From NCBI GenBank assembly GCA_015064485.1, contig SVSD01000002.1, positions 49,709 through 113,708 on the forward strand: DNA of 64,000 nucleotides. Direction: 5' to 3'. The notes beneath the pieces were generated by a model. That model was given only the letters and a program-made list of their open reading frames with translations. It was not told where the DNA came from and did no database searches. Below, piece after piece: positions 1 to 9,845 of this stretch. The DNA is from Oscillospiraceae bacterium. GTDB lineage: Bacteria; Bacillota; Clostridia; Oscillospirales; CAG-382. The position numbers and the translations under genes were made by a program. The stretch's first letter is position 1; each line of letters starts with the position of its first letter.

Positions 1-294
1 CAAAAACATGCCTGGTATATGCTCGGCGGTGTTTTGGGAATTCTTATCTTCTATCCCTTGGAAAGAAAATTCGTTGATTTTGATCCTAAAACCTCTCTCG
101 GAATACAGTTTATAAAAGTCATTCCCGGTTTCATTCTTGCAATCGGTTTAAAAGAGCTTTTAAAAGTTCCGCTTAATGCAATATTCGCAGGACACGGCAT
201 TTCCCATTCGATCCGCTACTTCGCTCTCGTTGCTTTTTCGGTGTTTGTCTGGCCTTTATGCTTTAAACATTTTGAAAAACTCAGGAAAAAATAA
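1..294 (+). CDS. integral membrane protein, C-terminal fragment (5' end outside window)
   Basis: Frame-1 ORF open to the window edge; translation is rich in hydrophobic helices; stop followed by hairpin at 301-323. Confidence 0.5.
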   Translation, partial: QKHAWYMLGGVLGILIFYPLERKFVDFDPKTSLGIQFIKVIPGFILAIGLKELLKVPLNAIFAGHGISHSIRYFALVAFSVFVWPLCFKHFEKLRKK

Positions 295-330
295 CAAAAA
301 ACCGACAGAATTTTTCTGTCGGTTTTATTT
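295..330. terminator. bidirectional rho-independent terminator between convergent genes
   Basis: ACCGACAG (301-308) / CTGTCGGT (316-323) stem flanked by an A-run and a T-run. Confidence 0.7.
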
Positions 331-1530
331 TTATGCTTTTCCTTTGCTTCCCCCGAAAACAGCTCCCGAAAGAAGATTTGAATCAAACGAGAAGTTTAAC
401 TTTTCAGCATCTCTTTCGCGTTTTATTGCAAGTTTTATGAGTTCATCAAGAAGCTCGGGATATTTCATACCCGTAGCCTCCCAAAGATAGAACGAAAGCG
501 AACCGGGGATCGTATTTATTTCATTTACATAAACTTCATTTGTATCTTTATCAACAAGAAAGTCGATTCTTGATACACCGGAACATCCGAGTGATTTAAA
601 CGCCTCTTTTGCGTATTTTTGTATTTCCGCTTTCATTTCGTCTGTTATAGGTGCGGGTAAAACCCTTTTTGTATCTGCCATTCCCGCACTCTTTGAACCG
701 CCTTTTGAGCCTTTGCCGCCTGCCATATATTTTTCTTCGTAGCTTAATATTTCGTCGTGATTTACAGGCATCTCACATTCGGAAGCTTTTTGTTCGTCCT
801 TGTCGCCGAGTACCGAGCAGTTTATTTCAAACATATTGATAACTGCATTTTCAACAAGCACTCTGTCGGCAAATTCTAAAGCATAATCAAGAGCATCAAC
901 AAGAGCTTCTTTATCCTTCGCCTTTCTGATACCCACACTTGAGCCGAGATTTACAGGCTTTACGATTACAGGATAACGAGTAGAATTTTCTATTTTAGAG
1001 ATGATCTCCTCAGTTTGAAGCATATATTCCCGTCTTGTAAATACCACACAGTCAATAACAGGAATACCTGCCGCCTTCATCATTACCTTTGCTGCATATT
1101 TATCCATACCGAGAGCTGAGGATATTATGTCGCATCCCGCATAAGGGCAGGAGATGGCATGAAGATACCCCTGCAAAGTTCCGTCCTCAACATTTGTACC
1201 GTGAACGACGGGAAGCGCGACATCTATATAATCAACAACATCCTTTGCAAAAGCTTTCTTTTTATATCTTACAAGCTCGGTTTTTCCGTTACCGCTTACC
1301 ATATTTACTCTTGTGCTGTTTTTAAGCAATGCATCTATATCGGTATATGCTTTTATATCAGATATTTTTTCGCCGACATACATTTCGCCTTTTTTGCTTA
1401 TGTATATTGCCACAGGCTCATATTTTTCGGTATTTATATTGCGGTATGCCTGAATACCTGAGATTACCGAAACTTCATGTTCTACACTTTTTCCGCCGAA
1501 GATAACTCCGACCTTTACCTTTATTGACAT
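331..1530 (-). CDS. ddl: D-alanine--D-alanine ligase
   Basis: 399 aa; N-terminal VGVIFGGKSVEHEVS and ATP-grasp C-terminal SRIDFLVD...VNEINTIPG motifs typical of Ddl; sits next to a MurF-like gene. Confidence 0.9.
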   Translation of the reverse strand: MSIKVKVGVIFGGKSVEHEVSVISGIQAYRNINTEKYEPVAIYISKKGEMYVGEKISDIKAYTDIDALLKNSTRVNMVSGNGKTELVRYKKKAFAKDVVDYIDVALPVVHGTNVEDGTLQGYLHAISCPYAGCDIISSALGMDKYAAKVMMKAAGIPVIDCVVFTRREYMLQTEEIISKIENSTRYPVIVKPVNLGSSVGIRKAKDKEALVDALDYALEFADRVLVENAVINMFEINCSVLGDKDEQKASECEMPVNHDEILSYEEKYMAGGKGSKGGSKSAGMADTKRVLPAPITDEMKAEIQKYAKEAFKSLGCSGVSRIDFLVDKDTNEVYVNEINTIPGSLSFYLWEATGMKYPELLDELIKLAIKRERDAEKLNFSFDSNLLSGAVFGGSKGKA

Positions 1531-1541
1531 AACAGTTCTCC

Positions 1542-2753
1542 TTAAAAATTATCGGGAAGATCGTTTTCTATAAGTATAACCCTGCGCTTTTCATCCGCAA
1601 GGAATTTTGCAGTATTTATTGCGTCCTCGACCTTTTCAAAAATTATAAGCTTTTCTTCGTCAAAGCCTTCCGAAAGAACACCTTTTTTGATACTTCTTGT
1701 CTGCCGCTCGCCGACAAGGAAAATATAATCGCAGACATCAGCCGCTTTTCTGCCGAGTTCGAAATTATATTCGTCCTGTTTTTCGCCAAGCTCTATCATA
1801 CCGGGAGTAATTATTATCTTACATCCCTCAAATCCCGAAAGCACTTTAAGGGCGGCTGATGACCCTGCGGGATTGGAATTAAAGGAATCGTCGATGATAC
1901 AAAAATCCGCGCCCTTTATAAGAGAGAGTCTGTGCGGGGCGGCTTCTATTCTCTTTGAACCGAGAATAAGCTGTTCGTCTGTCACGCCAAGCTCTTTTGC
2001 AACCGCAATACAGCCTAAGACATTTACAATATTATGCTCCCCGAGAAGCTTTGTTGAAAGAGTGGTTTTAAAATCTTTTCCTGCCGCTTCAAAGGAAGTA
2101 CCCGACTCGCTTAACGAAAGTATATTTGCCTTTATATCTGCGTCTTTATTTTCAATACCGTAATAGACCGCATTTTTAGAAATATCATTTTTTTGTGCTA
2201 TATAAGTGTTATCTGCGTTAAGAAAGATAATTCCGTCATCGGGAAGTGCATCGCACAGCTCGAATTTTGTTTTTATAACATTTTCAATACTTCCGAAGGT
2301 TTCAAGATGGCACGGACCGATTGATGTAATAATACCGTATTTCGGCTTTACTATATCGCATATTTCCTTTATCTCTCCGATACTTCTTGCACCCATTTCG
2401 CAAATAAAAATATCGTGGAGAGAAGTGAGATTTTCTCTTACCGTCTTTACAACACCCATAGTTGTATTATAACTTGCAGGAGTCATTAAAACATTGTATT
2501 TTTCGGAAAGAAGCTTTTCAAGAATATATTTTGTTCCTGTTTTTCCGTAGCTTCCTGTTATACCGATAACGGTAAGATCGGGAAGCGACTGTATTTTCTT
2601 TTTAGCTTCGTTTATGTATCTTTGTCTTACCGCCTTTTCAAGAGGCTGATTTAACAGATTTGCAAACAAAAGGAAATACGAAGGAATTATAAGCGCAATA
2701 TTCAAAACAAATACAGGATATACGAAAATTTCAAGTACGGCGGAAATTACCAA
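1542..2753 (-). CDS. Mur ligase family protein, MurF-like, with hydrophobic N-terminus instead of the canonical MurF N-domain
   Basis: P-loop GITGSYGKTGTK; C-terminal DDSFNSNP and PGMIELGEK motifs as in MurF; first ~35 aa are hydrophobic; TTG start overlaps the upstream ORF stop (TTGGTAA). Confidence 0.75.
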   Translation of the reverse strand: MVISAVLEIFVYPVFVLNIALIIPSYFLLFANLLNQPLEKAVRQRYINEAKKKIQSLPDLTVIGITGSYGKTGTKYILEKLLSEKYNVLMTPASYNTTMGVVKTVRENLTSLHDIFICEMGARSIGEIKEICDIVKPKYGIITSIGPCHLETFGSIENVIKTKFELCDALPDDGIIFLNADNTYIAQKNDISKNAVYYGIENKDADIKANILSLSESGTSFEAAGKDFKTTLSTKLLGEHNIVNVLGCIAVAKELGVTDEQLILGSKRIEAAPHRLSLIKGADFCIIDDSFNSNPAGSSAALKVLSGFEGCKIIITPGMIELGEKQDEYNFELGRKAADVCDYIFLVGERQTRSIKKGVLSEGFDEEKLIIFEKVEDAINTAKFLADEKRRVILIENDLPDNF

Positions 2754-3112
2754 AGAATTAAAAACAGTACTGTCGCCGTTACATACTGTCTTTTTACTCT
2801 TGTTGTATATACAAGCGGTTTTTTTGCCTTTTTCGGAAGATTAAGAACAAGAAAGATCAAATTCGGAATGATTGCAACAAGCTTTAAAATATCCCAAGGT
2901 AAAAAGAGCATTAAAAGAGATAAAACCGGCAAAAGCGATTTCAAAAAGAGAGTTTTGAAATTCGTCTTTATCCAGTCACGCATAAAGACATATTTATATG
3001 CGTTAAGCTGAAACATATGCACTCTGTTTGTAAATGCAACCAAAAAGCAAACAAACGATATTAAAATATAAAGAACCGTTGATATAATACCAAACATATA
3101 CGCGCCTTTCAA
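2747..3112 (-). CDS. small polytopic membrane protein, translationally coupled to the MurF-like gene
   Basis: 121 aa, 3-4 predicted hydrophobic helices; 1-nt gap to the upstream hydrolase gene; 7-nt overlap with the downstream gene. Confidence 0.5.
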   Translation of the reverse strand: MKGAYMFGIISTVLYILISFVCFLVAFTNRVHMFQLNAYKYVFMRDWIKTNFKTLFLKSLLPVLSLLMLFLPWDILKLVAIIPNLIFLVLNLPKKAKKPLVYTTRVKRQYVTATVLFLILW

Positions 3113-3113
3113 A

Positions 3114-3875
3114 CTATTTTATATCAAAAAACGAATAAAGCACCCTTTTTGTAAGTCCTATGTCCGCAACAAATGAAAAATGCCCTGCCCCTTTAACTGT
3201 AACAAGCCCGCTGTCGGGGATAAGTTCTTTCATTTTATTTGCCTGATACATCGGGGTATCTGTGTCATTTTCTCCCCAGAAAAGAAGGGTCGATGCCTTG
3301 ATTTTGGGAAGGCACAAGGTCAGATCTTCGTTTATAACACTTACCATACTTTTTCTCATTATCTCTGATGCGGCCGCATAATCGGCAGAACCATTCTTTT
3401 TACGCATTTTTTCGATGAGTTCGGGTTTTGCTTTTGCAAAAAGCTTTTTTGCGATTTTGAACTTTAAAATTTTCATTTTTTGGGAGAAACTCTTTTTTCT
3501 TATAAGTCCCGCCGAATCAATAAGAACCATCTTTTCTACAGAAAGCTTTGTCTTTTCACTTGTCACAAGCTTGATTGCGGTTCTTCCTCCGTGCGAATGA
3601 CCGATAATATAAGCCTTTTCAATTCCCAGCTTTTCCGCAAAAGCCCTTACAAATTCCGCATAATCTTCCGCAGTATAAGGGAAAGAGGGCTCATCGGAAT
3701 TTCCAAAGCCCGGCATATCCGGGGCTATAATTCTGAAATGAGGGGTTAGCATATTTATAACCGAACGGTATGTTTCGCCCCTTGCACCCCAACCGTGCAA
3801 AAGAATTATAACATCTCCGCAGCCTTCGTCGATATACGATATTTCAAGTTTTTCGCCAAGTACATCAAGAAGCAT
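3114..3875 (-). CDS. alpha/beta-fold hydrolase
   Basis: 253 aa; HGWG oxyanion motif; GHSHGG nucleophile elbow; C-terminal GAGH. Confidence 0.8.
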   Translation of the reverse strand: MLLDVLGEKLEISYIDEGCGDVIILLHGWGARGETYRSVINMLTPHFRIIAPDMPGFGNSDEPSFPYTAEDYAEFVRAFAEKLGIEKAYIIGHSHGGRTAIKLVTSEKTKLSVEKMVLIDSAGLIRKKSFSQKMKILKFKIAKKLFAKAKPELIEKMRKKNGSADYAAASEIMRKSMVSVINEDLTLCLPKIKASTLLFWGENDTDTPMYQANKMKELIPDSGLVTVKGAGHFSFVADIGLTKRVLYSFFDIK

Positions 3876-3911
3876 AAAAATATTCCCCCTTTTACAAAAC
3901 TCTTACATTAT

Positions 3912-3940
3912 AGTATAAGATTTTTTTCTGAAAATGTCAA
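3912..3940 (-). promoter_or_regulatory. sigma-A type promoter of the hydrolase-MurF-like-ddl operon
   Basis: Minus strand TTGACA (3935-3940), 17 nt spacer, TATACT (3912-3917). Confidence 0.55.
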
Positions 3941-4107
3941 GAAAAAACAAAAGAATTCAGAAAACAGAAAGAGGAACTGTAAAATAACAGTTCCTCAACA
4001 TAACATTATAATTTCAGAAAGGAAATTTGCATAATTTTTTAAGTATTAAAAATACTATGTCAGCCCATAAGGGGGCTTGCCCCCTTACAAGCCTTCATAT
4101 TGCTGTT

Positions 4108-4371
4108 TTATTTTGTGATATTTGCACTGTCGGGCGACATATCAAGCATTTCTGCAGGAGTATTATACATTCCCATGTCATTATCCATACCGTCGTCATA
4201 ATTCATATCGGCGTTATAGATCTCCTCGTCATAAGTTCTGCCGTCATTGTAATTTTCGGTATATTCATCGCCGTCGATTACATCTTCGCCTACTCTGCCC
4301 TTACAGCTCGCAAGAACAAGTACTGTTGCAGCTGTGCAAAAAACAAGCGCTGTTTTGATTTTCTTATTCAT
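4108..4371 (-). CDS. small acidic lipoprotein (D/N/Y-rich)
   Basis: Internal start MNKKIKTALVFCTAATVLVLASC gives a signal peptide plus lipobox LASC; RBS AGGAAAGG upstream. The longer track ORF start (4443) is unlikely. Confidence 0.6.
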   Translation of the reverse strand: MNKKIKTALVFCTAATVLVLASCKGRVGEDVIDGDEYTENYNDGRTYDEEIYNADMNYDDGMDNDMGMYNTPAEMLDMSPDSANITK

Positions 4372-4444
4372 TTCAAAACCTTTCCTTTCGGGTGTTTTAC
4401 CGCACCCGAAAATAGTTTTACCGCAGATGCAAAAATTATTCACT

Positions 4445-5686
4445 TTAAGAGTTCAATCCCAATTCGTAGCGGATACTTCTTTTTTCCTCTTCGGTAAGAT
4501 CAAAGCTGTTTATAATTTTCAAAAGCTGTTCTTTGGAATATTTTGGCTCGTAATAATCTCCTGACTTGTGTTCGACAACGCTCTTTTGTGCTTCTCTGAC
4601 AAGTTCAAGGCAAGCTTTATATTCATCACCGTATTTTGCTTGGTTTTCAGAATTTGTATTGTCGGCATTTTTCTTATCCTGCATTACCGAATACTGGAAT
4701 TTTTCTCTTGCAAGAGCGTCATCTCTTTCGCTGTTTTTGACTTCCTGTTCAAATTCCTTTGTCCATTTTTCATAATCAAGATCATTTTGTTTTTGGCGCA
4801 TCTCAAGTTCTCTTTCGGTAACGCTTTTTTCGTACTCGTCATTTGATTTGCCCTGATAATAATCCGCCCACCATTTTTCATCCTCAACCGAATCTCTTTG
4901 CTTCTGGTACTGAGCATTTTTCTCATCAGCAAGAAGTGAATTATAGCGATAATACTCATCAGATGCCTGCATCATCATTTCCGAAGACAAGGTATTAAGA
5001 TCCTGCATAAGAGAGCTTCTTATATCGGCGATCATCTTATCTCTTTCCGCCTGAAGGCTCTTTAAAAGATCACGGTATTCATCTTCCATTCTCAGCTCTT
5101 CTGAGAGAACTCTTCCGCCGCCCTTCGAAACTCCTTCATTCAACAGCGCTTCGTCAAGATACTTGTTCTTTTTCTCATAAGCTTTTTTGACTTCAGCAAT
5201 CTGCTTTTCGTAATCTTCATTTACAGACTTAATATAGTCATTTGCCTGTTTCTGCAAAACACTGCCTCGCTGATTTATCGCCCTTACATAAGAATCAATG
5301 ATCGTCTGCTGAAGACTTTCCGAACTCCTTGAATAAGGATCTTTATAATAAGGAGTTTCGGATGTTATTTTTTTAGGTTCAGATATTGTAGAAACATTTT
5401 TACCGACACTTTCTGTCATATTCCCGAAAAGTCTTTGTGCATATCCGTCTTTTGACACATTTGACGAGTCAATTCCCATAGCCGCCGCTTTGCCGAGGTT
5501 GTAATTATAACTGACTGTATCTGCCCATTTCATCTGTTCGCTTACATCAAGACCGTTTGCGAGTCTTGCGCTTATGGCATCCTGTGTTCTTGCAATTTCT
5601 TCTTTATAAAGTTCTTCATTGCCGCCGGCAAGCATTTTAAGACGCTCATCCGCCGGAACGGTAGCATATTTATATTTTGTAGACAT
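4445..5686 (-). CDS. phage-derived coiled-coil structural protein (function unknown; possibly internal/ejection or tail-associated)
   Basis: 413 aa, charged heptad-like central region; last gene of the phage-like operon. Confidence 0.55.
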   Translation of the reverse strand: MSTKYKYATVPADERLKMLAGGNEELYKEEIARTQDAISARLANGLDVSEQMKWADTVSYNYNLGKAAAMGIDSSNVSKDGYAQRLFGNMTESVGKNVSTISEPKKITSETPYYKDPYSRSSESLQQTIIDSYVRAINQRGSVLQKQANDYIKSVNEDYEKQIAEVKKAYEKKNKYLDEALLNEGVSKGGGRVLSEELRMEDEYRDLLKSLQAERDKMIADIRSSLMQDLNTLSSEMMMQASDEYYRYNSLLADEKNAQYQKQRDSVEDEKWWADYYQGKSNDEYEKSVTERELEMRQKQNDLDYEKWTKEFEQEVKNSERDDALAREKFQYSVMQDKKNADNTNSENQAKYGDEYKACLELVREAQKSVVEHKSGDYYEPKYSKEQLLKIINSFDLTEEEKRSIRYELGLNS

Positions 5687-5704
5687 AAAATCGTTCCTTT
5701 CATT

Positions 5705-7549
5705 TTAATCGTAAAATTTCACTCTTTCCGCCTTTTGCCACAAAAAAACAAGGTTTTCAACACATATTCCGCCGCCATCCATTTCAAGTTTTACCGAGTA
5801 TCTGTTTGCACAGTATGAGGGGATCTTAACGGTAAGTTTTCCTTCGCTTTTGTCGGTTTTTACAGTTGTATTATAGAAAAGCTTCCCGTCTGCAAAAAAG
5901 GAAAGATTAAAGCTCCTTTCTCTCCCGCTTTTATTCTCGTAATCAAAAGAAAATTTCAAGAGTTTTTTTCTCAGATAGCTGTTGCCGAAATCATATTTCT
6001 TGGTTGTGAAATAAGAGATGATATTTTTTTCAGTTGTACTTCCATCCTCAGAAAAAACAGTATCGCAAAAATCCTCTGCGGAACATTCAAAAATTTCCGT
6101 TTTTTCTTTGCTTCCCACAAAATACAATTTTCCCGCAAGAGCAAACATATCGGAAAAATCGCCCGCTTCGCAAATTTTGAACCAGGGAAGCTTCTTTTGG
6201 GAGGTTCTGTATTCTGCGCCCGAATAAAAAGGTACTCTGCCATAATCCCACATATAGATCGATTTTCCGTTACAGATAAAATACTTTCTGTCAAAATCGC
6301 AGGAAAAGCATTTTCCCTCTTTCGCAAAAGGAACTCCTGTATCTCCTTTTAAATTTTGAGAAATCGGTAAAATATTAAGCTCATCAAAAATATCGGTTGA
6401 CTGCAAAATATATATTCCGTCGGTTTTGTCGCCGAAAACTATTGTGTTATCAAGTGCATTTACACTTCCGCTCATACTGCATCCCACACCTGTATTTATG
6501 GAATTTACAGTAAAAACCGGGCCGTTTTCTTCCGAAAACGAATATGACATCGAATAGATATGCTTGTCGGTAAAGAAGTACATCTTTTCATATCTTTTTT
6601 CAGCTCCGTTTACATTTTCGCTTCCGTCGCCCAAAGTTTCCTGAGTGTTGTCAGGGAAATACAAAGGATTTTTGAGTTCGCTTCTGAAATACATCGAAGG
6701 ATACTCGGGATTTCCCGTAATAAAGGCGCGGCTTCCGTCTTTTGTCGTACCACCGTAGCAAAACGCGATTTTTGAGCCGTAAATCTTTGAAAGATATTCA
6801 TTCATTGTCTCATTTGAAGCATCTATTGTATACTCCACTTCGATCGGTGATTTAAGCCCCGGGCCATCCTTGAAATAGAAAGCTACATGCATATTGTCTG
6901 AAGAATAGTCCTGCTGCATGGGTTTTAACCTTTGTCCATCTTTAATAATACAACACGGCTGAGAAGTATCGGCAGGATACGGCAAATCAAAGGATTGGGT
7001 TGTTTCGTAACCTGTACCCGATACCAAATTATAGTGACATCTTACACGCTTGGTAAGCATATTAAAAGGTTCAAATGTTTCGTAACTCGAAAGCCACTTG
7101 TCAGCATTCTGAATAATTATAGGATAATAAGGCTCTATTTCTTTACAGTTAAAATCCTTGTCTGTTTCAAAGATCTTTTTATCGCTTGAATAGAAATAGA
7201 CCTTAGCATTCATGCGCAAAAAAAAGCCTTCCTCTCCTACATTTTCACACATTGTATGGATGTTTTCGCCGTCAAAACGGTAAAGGGAAGTTCCTGCATG
7301 AAAAATTATATTACCGTAATATTCCTCGGGAAATTTTGATTTGTATTCTCCCTCGACTTTTGTTCCGACACAGCATAAAGCATCTCTTGTTTTTAAAATT
7401 CCGCCGTCAAAGCAGATATTTGACATTTCGGTGACGAAGCTGTCGTCACCGTTGTCATCAAAAGTATATCCTCCCGAAAGTTTTTCCACCTTGTAAAGAT
7501 ATTTGCTGACGGATGAAATACTTCCGGTACTTACAGAATTATATGCCAT
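5705..7549 (-). CDS. phage-derived large structural protein (possible tail/nozzle-type beta-rich protein)
   Basis: 614 aa, beta-rich, aromatic/Gly-rich repeats; sits downstream of the capsid genes; no motif recognised. Confidence 0.5.
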   Translation of the reverse strand: MAYNSVSTGSISSVSKYLYKVEKLSGGYTFDDNGDDSFVTEMSNICFDGGILKTRDALCCVGTKVEGEYKSKFPEEYYGNIIFHAGTSLYRFDGENIHTMCENVGEEGFFLRMNAKVYFYSSDKKIFETDKDFNCKEIEPYYPIIIQNADKWLSSYETFEPFNMLTKRVRCHYNLVSGTGYETTQSFDLPYPADTSQPCCIIKDGQRLKPMQQDYSSDNMHVAFYFKDGPGLKSPIEVEYTIDASNETMNEYLSKIYGSKIAFCYGGTTKDGSRAFITGNPEYPSMYFRSELKNPLYFPDNTQETLGDGSENVNGAEKRYEKMYFFTDKHIYSMSYSFSEENGPVFTVNSINTGVGCSMSGSVNALDNTIVFGDKTDGIYILQSTDIFDELNILPISQNLKGDTGVPFAKEGKCFSCDFDRKYFICNGKSIYMWDYGRVPFYSGAEYRTSQKKLPWFKICEAGDFSDMFALAGKLYFVGSKEKTEIFECSAEDFCDTVFSEDGSTTEKNIISYFTTKKYDFGNSYLRKKLLKFSFDYENKSGRERSFNLSFFADGKLFYNTTVKTDKSEGKLTVKIPSYCANRYSVKLEMDGGGICVENLVFLWQKAERVKFYD

Positions 7550-7564
7550 AACATCAACCTCCCG

Positions 7565-8536
7565 TCATCCGAAAAACCGTCTTATGCCTCTTCTTTTTCC
7601 GTAAGCCGCAGAATAAAAACTGTTTCTGTTGAACGGATTTGACGAAGGATAACAATTTGCAAGTATTTCACGGTATTTATAAGTAAGTCTTGTATAAAGC
7701 TCGCCGTCTTCCCTTTCGCAAAGCTCGGCGGCTGTGGCATATACAGCGGCAGAAAAGGCGGATGGGGAAAGTTCGATAACTGTATTATCATTTGAGTTTT
7801 CGGAAAGCTCCTTCGGGCAGAAGTAATATTCCACCAAATATGTTCCCGCATTTTTTTCGCTGCACGATAAAACCCCGTCGGAAAACTCAAAAATATCGCA
7901 TCTGCAAGGATGCGTTCTGTCGCCTGTGACCTTAAGTACCCTTGAAATTTCGATACATTCGGGAGATATTTCACAATAAAGCTTCTTTCCGTCGGGCAAA
8001 AACCTTTCATCAGGGCAATATCCCACACTTTTACTCGTATAGCTTTTTAGATTTTTCACATCAACAAAAGCTTTTTCTTTGCAGAAAAAAATAATATCCG
8101 AAGCATTTTCGGGAATTAATGCTTTAAAAATTTTGAGTTGACTGTAAGGAGAAATTATTTCTTTTTTCAAAACAGCATTCCCGTCGCCGTCACAAAATAC
8201 AATATTACATTTTCCGCAAAATTCGAAACTCAAAGCGCCCGAATCAGCGGGAAGAGAAACGAGCTTTTCCTCGCCGCTTATAAGCGAAAAATCGCAAACC
8301 TTCATCAGAACACCCGGAGTTTTAAAGACAACACTTTTCTTTTCAAGCCGTCTGTCGCAAGAAAGACTTACAAGGCGGATAGCGGCGTTTGCCGCCGAAA
8401 TAAACCTTTTTTCCATATCTCCGACAGCACCCGAAAATATTTCGTGTTCTTTTCCGTTGCAGCTGTATTCATCAAGCACCCTGAAAACATCGCTGCGAAA
8501 TCTTCCCAGAGTATAGCTTAAATTTCTGTCGTTCAT
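7565..8536 (-). CDS. phage-derived structural protein, function unknown
   Basis: 323 aa ORF, co-oriented and tightly spaced in the phage-like operon. Confidence 0.5.
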   Translation of the reverse strand: MNDRNLSYTLGRFRSDVFRVLDEYSCNGKEHEIFSGAVGDMEKRFISAANAAIRLVSLSCDRRLEKKSVVFKTPGVLMKVCDFSLISGEEKLVSLPADSGALSFEFCGKCNIVFCDGDGNAVLKKEIISPYSQLKIFKALIPENASDIIFFCKEKAFVDVKNLKSYTSKSVGYCPDERFLPDGKKLYCEISPECIEISRVLKVTGDRTHPCRCDIFEFSDGVLSCSEKNAGTYLVEYYFCPKELSENSNDNTVIELSPSAFSAAVYATAAELCEREDGELYTRLTYKYREILANCYPSSNPFNRNSFYSAAYGKRRGIRRFFG

Positions 8537-8573
8537 TCTTCAATTCCTTTCAGCTGTTTGTTTTGCAGGTGAT

Positions 8574-8604
8574 TTTTGTGGGATACCCGAGGTATCCCAC
8601 AAAA
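8574..8604 (-). other. perfect 14-bp stem hairpin inside the phage-like operon
   Basis: TTTTGTGGGATACC cga GGTATCCCACAAAA between the 89-aa and 323-aa genes; no adjacent U-tract on the transcribed strand. Confidence 0.6.
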
Positions 8605-8610
8605 TAAATT

Positions 8611-8880
8611 TCAGAATGTATCCGATACGATCAAATAAATTGTTTTTTCGGCATCTGTCGGGTTATAAACCGAAACCTCTCCCGAAAATTCAATTACTTC
8701 ACCTTCATATGTCTTATATCCTTTAGTCTTATCGGACTGGGACATACCGCAAACCACCACCCCTTCGGGGAAGGAAATTCTTGCGGAAAGTCCATCGTCA
8801 CCGGCAATAAATGACTTTTTCGGAGAAATCGTAATTTCTTCCGATTTTATGACCCTTGCGGGCTGATATGTAACAAACAT
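8611..8880 (-). CDS. phage-derived small protein downstream of capsid gene
   Basis: 89 aa ORF, 15 nt after the capsid-like gene. Confidence 0.5.
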   Translation of the reverse strand: MFVTYQPARVIKSEEITISPKKSFIAGDDGLSARISFPEGVVVCGMSQSDKTKGYKTYEGEVIEFSGEVSVYNPTDAEKTIYLIVSDTF

Positions 8881-8894
8881 AAAAATCCTCCTTA

Positions 8895-9812
8895 TTATGC
8901 GGGATCAGAGAAGATGATAGGTCTTGCATCGCCGAAACCGAAACCGAAATCGACATAACCGATATAGTCGGTAATCAAAGGATTTGCTTCGTGAGATACA
9001 AGAACTGTGGGTTCTGTGATGTAAACGAGCTTCAAAATTTCGGGGAGAAGCATAGAATCGGCAATAGCCCACTTCTTACCGGTAAGACCGATACCGCCTC
9101 CGCCGACTACCATATACTTCATACCGTAAACAGGGTTTGCGGCATTCATAGGTGCATCCGCATCGGGATTCTTTTCGGGGATAAGGCGGGAGTTGGGGCC
9201 GCAGATCTCCTTTGCCTTCGGTTCAAGCTCAGGGCTTACGAGAAGAAGGTCAAAATTACCTGCAAAAGGAAGTCCGTCGGGTGTTACAAAAGATGCGGCC
9301 TTTGTCTGCGCCGCTGTGATTGCCGCAACAGAAAGGTTGGAATGAATGATGTTTGAATATGTTTCATCAGATTCGGAATTTACTCTGTGCTTATCAGATG
9401 CCCAGGGAGTGCCGTCGGCGCCCACCTTTGTAAAAGCATCGCCGAAAAGACGGTAAAACTCGTTAAGTACGGTCATATATGCGGAATCCGCAAGGCGTGT
9501 ACCGACCTTTTCAGACTCCTTGCTCTGGTCGATCTTTGTCTTTTTATAGGACATAGTAACTTTTAAAGCGTGTTCCTTGGGGGTAATCGTTGTGATAAAG
9601 CCTCTCTTCTGATCAGCTTCGGCAATATTGGAACCATCATAAACGGGAATTTCGCCGTAACCGCCAACCCCTTCAAAACGGTAATCAACGCTGTCCTGAG
9701 TTATAACCTCGCAAAGCTGTGAGATAATGTCCATTCTGTCACCGTAGCGAAGATCAAAGCGCTTTTTAACAAGAGGGTAAAGATCCTGCGGCCAAGTATA
9801 AATATCGTTCAT
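8895..9812 (-). CDS. major capsid protein candidate (HK97-fold, gpT-like size)
   Basis: 305 aa; positioned after portal and scaffold; length and composition typical of major head proteins; assignment by synteny and memory only. Confidence 0.65.
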   Translation of the reverse strand: MNDIYTWPQDLYPLVKKRFDLRYGDRMDIISQLCEVITQDSVDYRFEGVGGYGEIPVYDGSNIAEADQKRGFITTITPKEHALKVTMSYKKTKIDQSKESEKVGTRLADSAYMTVLNEFYRLFGDAFTKVGADGTPWASDKHRVNSESDETYSNIIHSNLSVAAITAAQTKAASFVTPDGLPFAGNFDLLLVSPELEPKAKEICGPNSRLIPEKNPDADAPMNAANPVYGMKYMVVGGGGIGLTGKKWAIADSMLLPEILKLVYITEPTVLVSHEANPLITDYIGYVDFGFGFGDARPIIFSDPA

Positions 9813-9845
9813 ATTAAAAATTCTCCTTTGTTTTTATATTTTTTA

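Noticed and set aside
4027-4497. 156-aa plus-strand ORF
   Set aside because: It is antisense to the lipoprotein gene and spans its terminator. It has no RBS.
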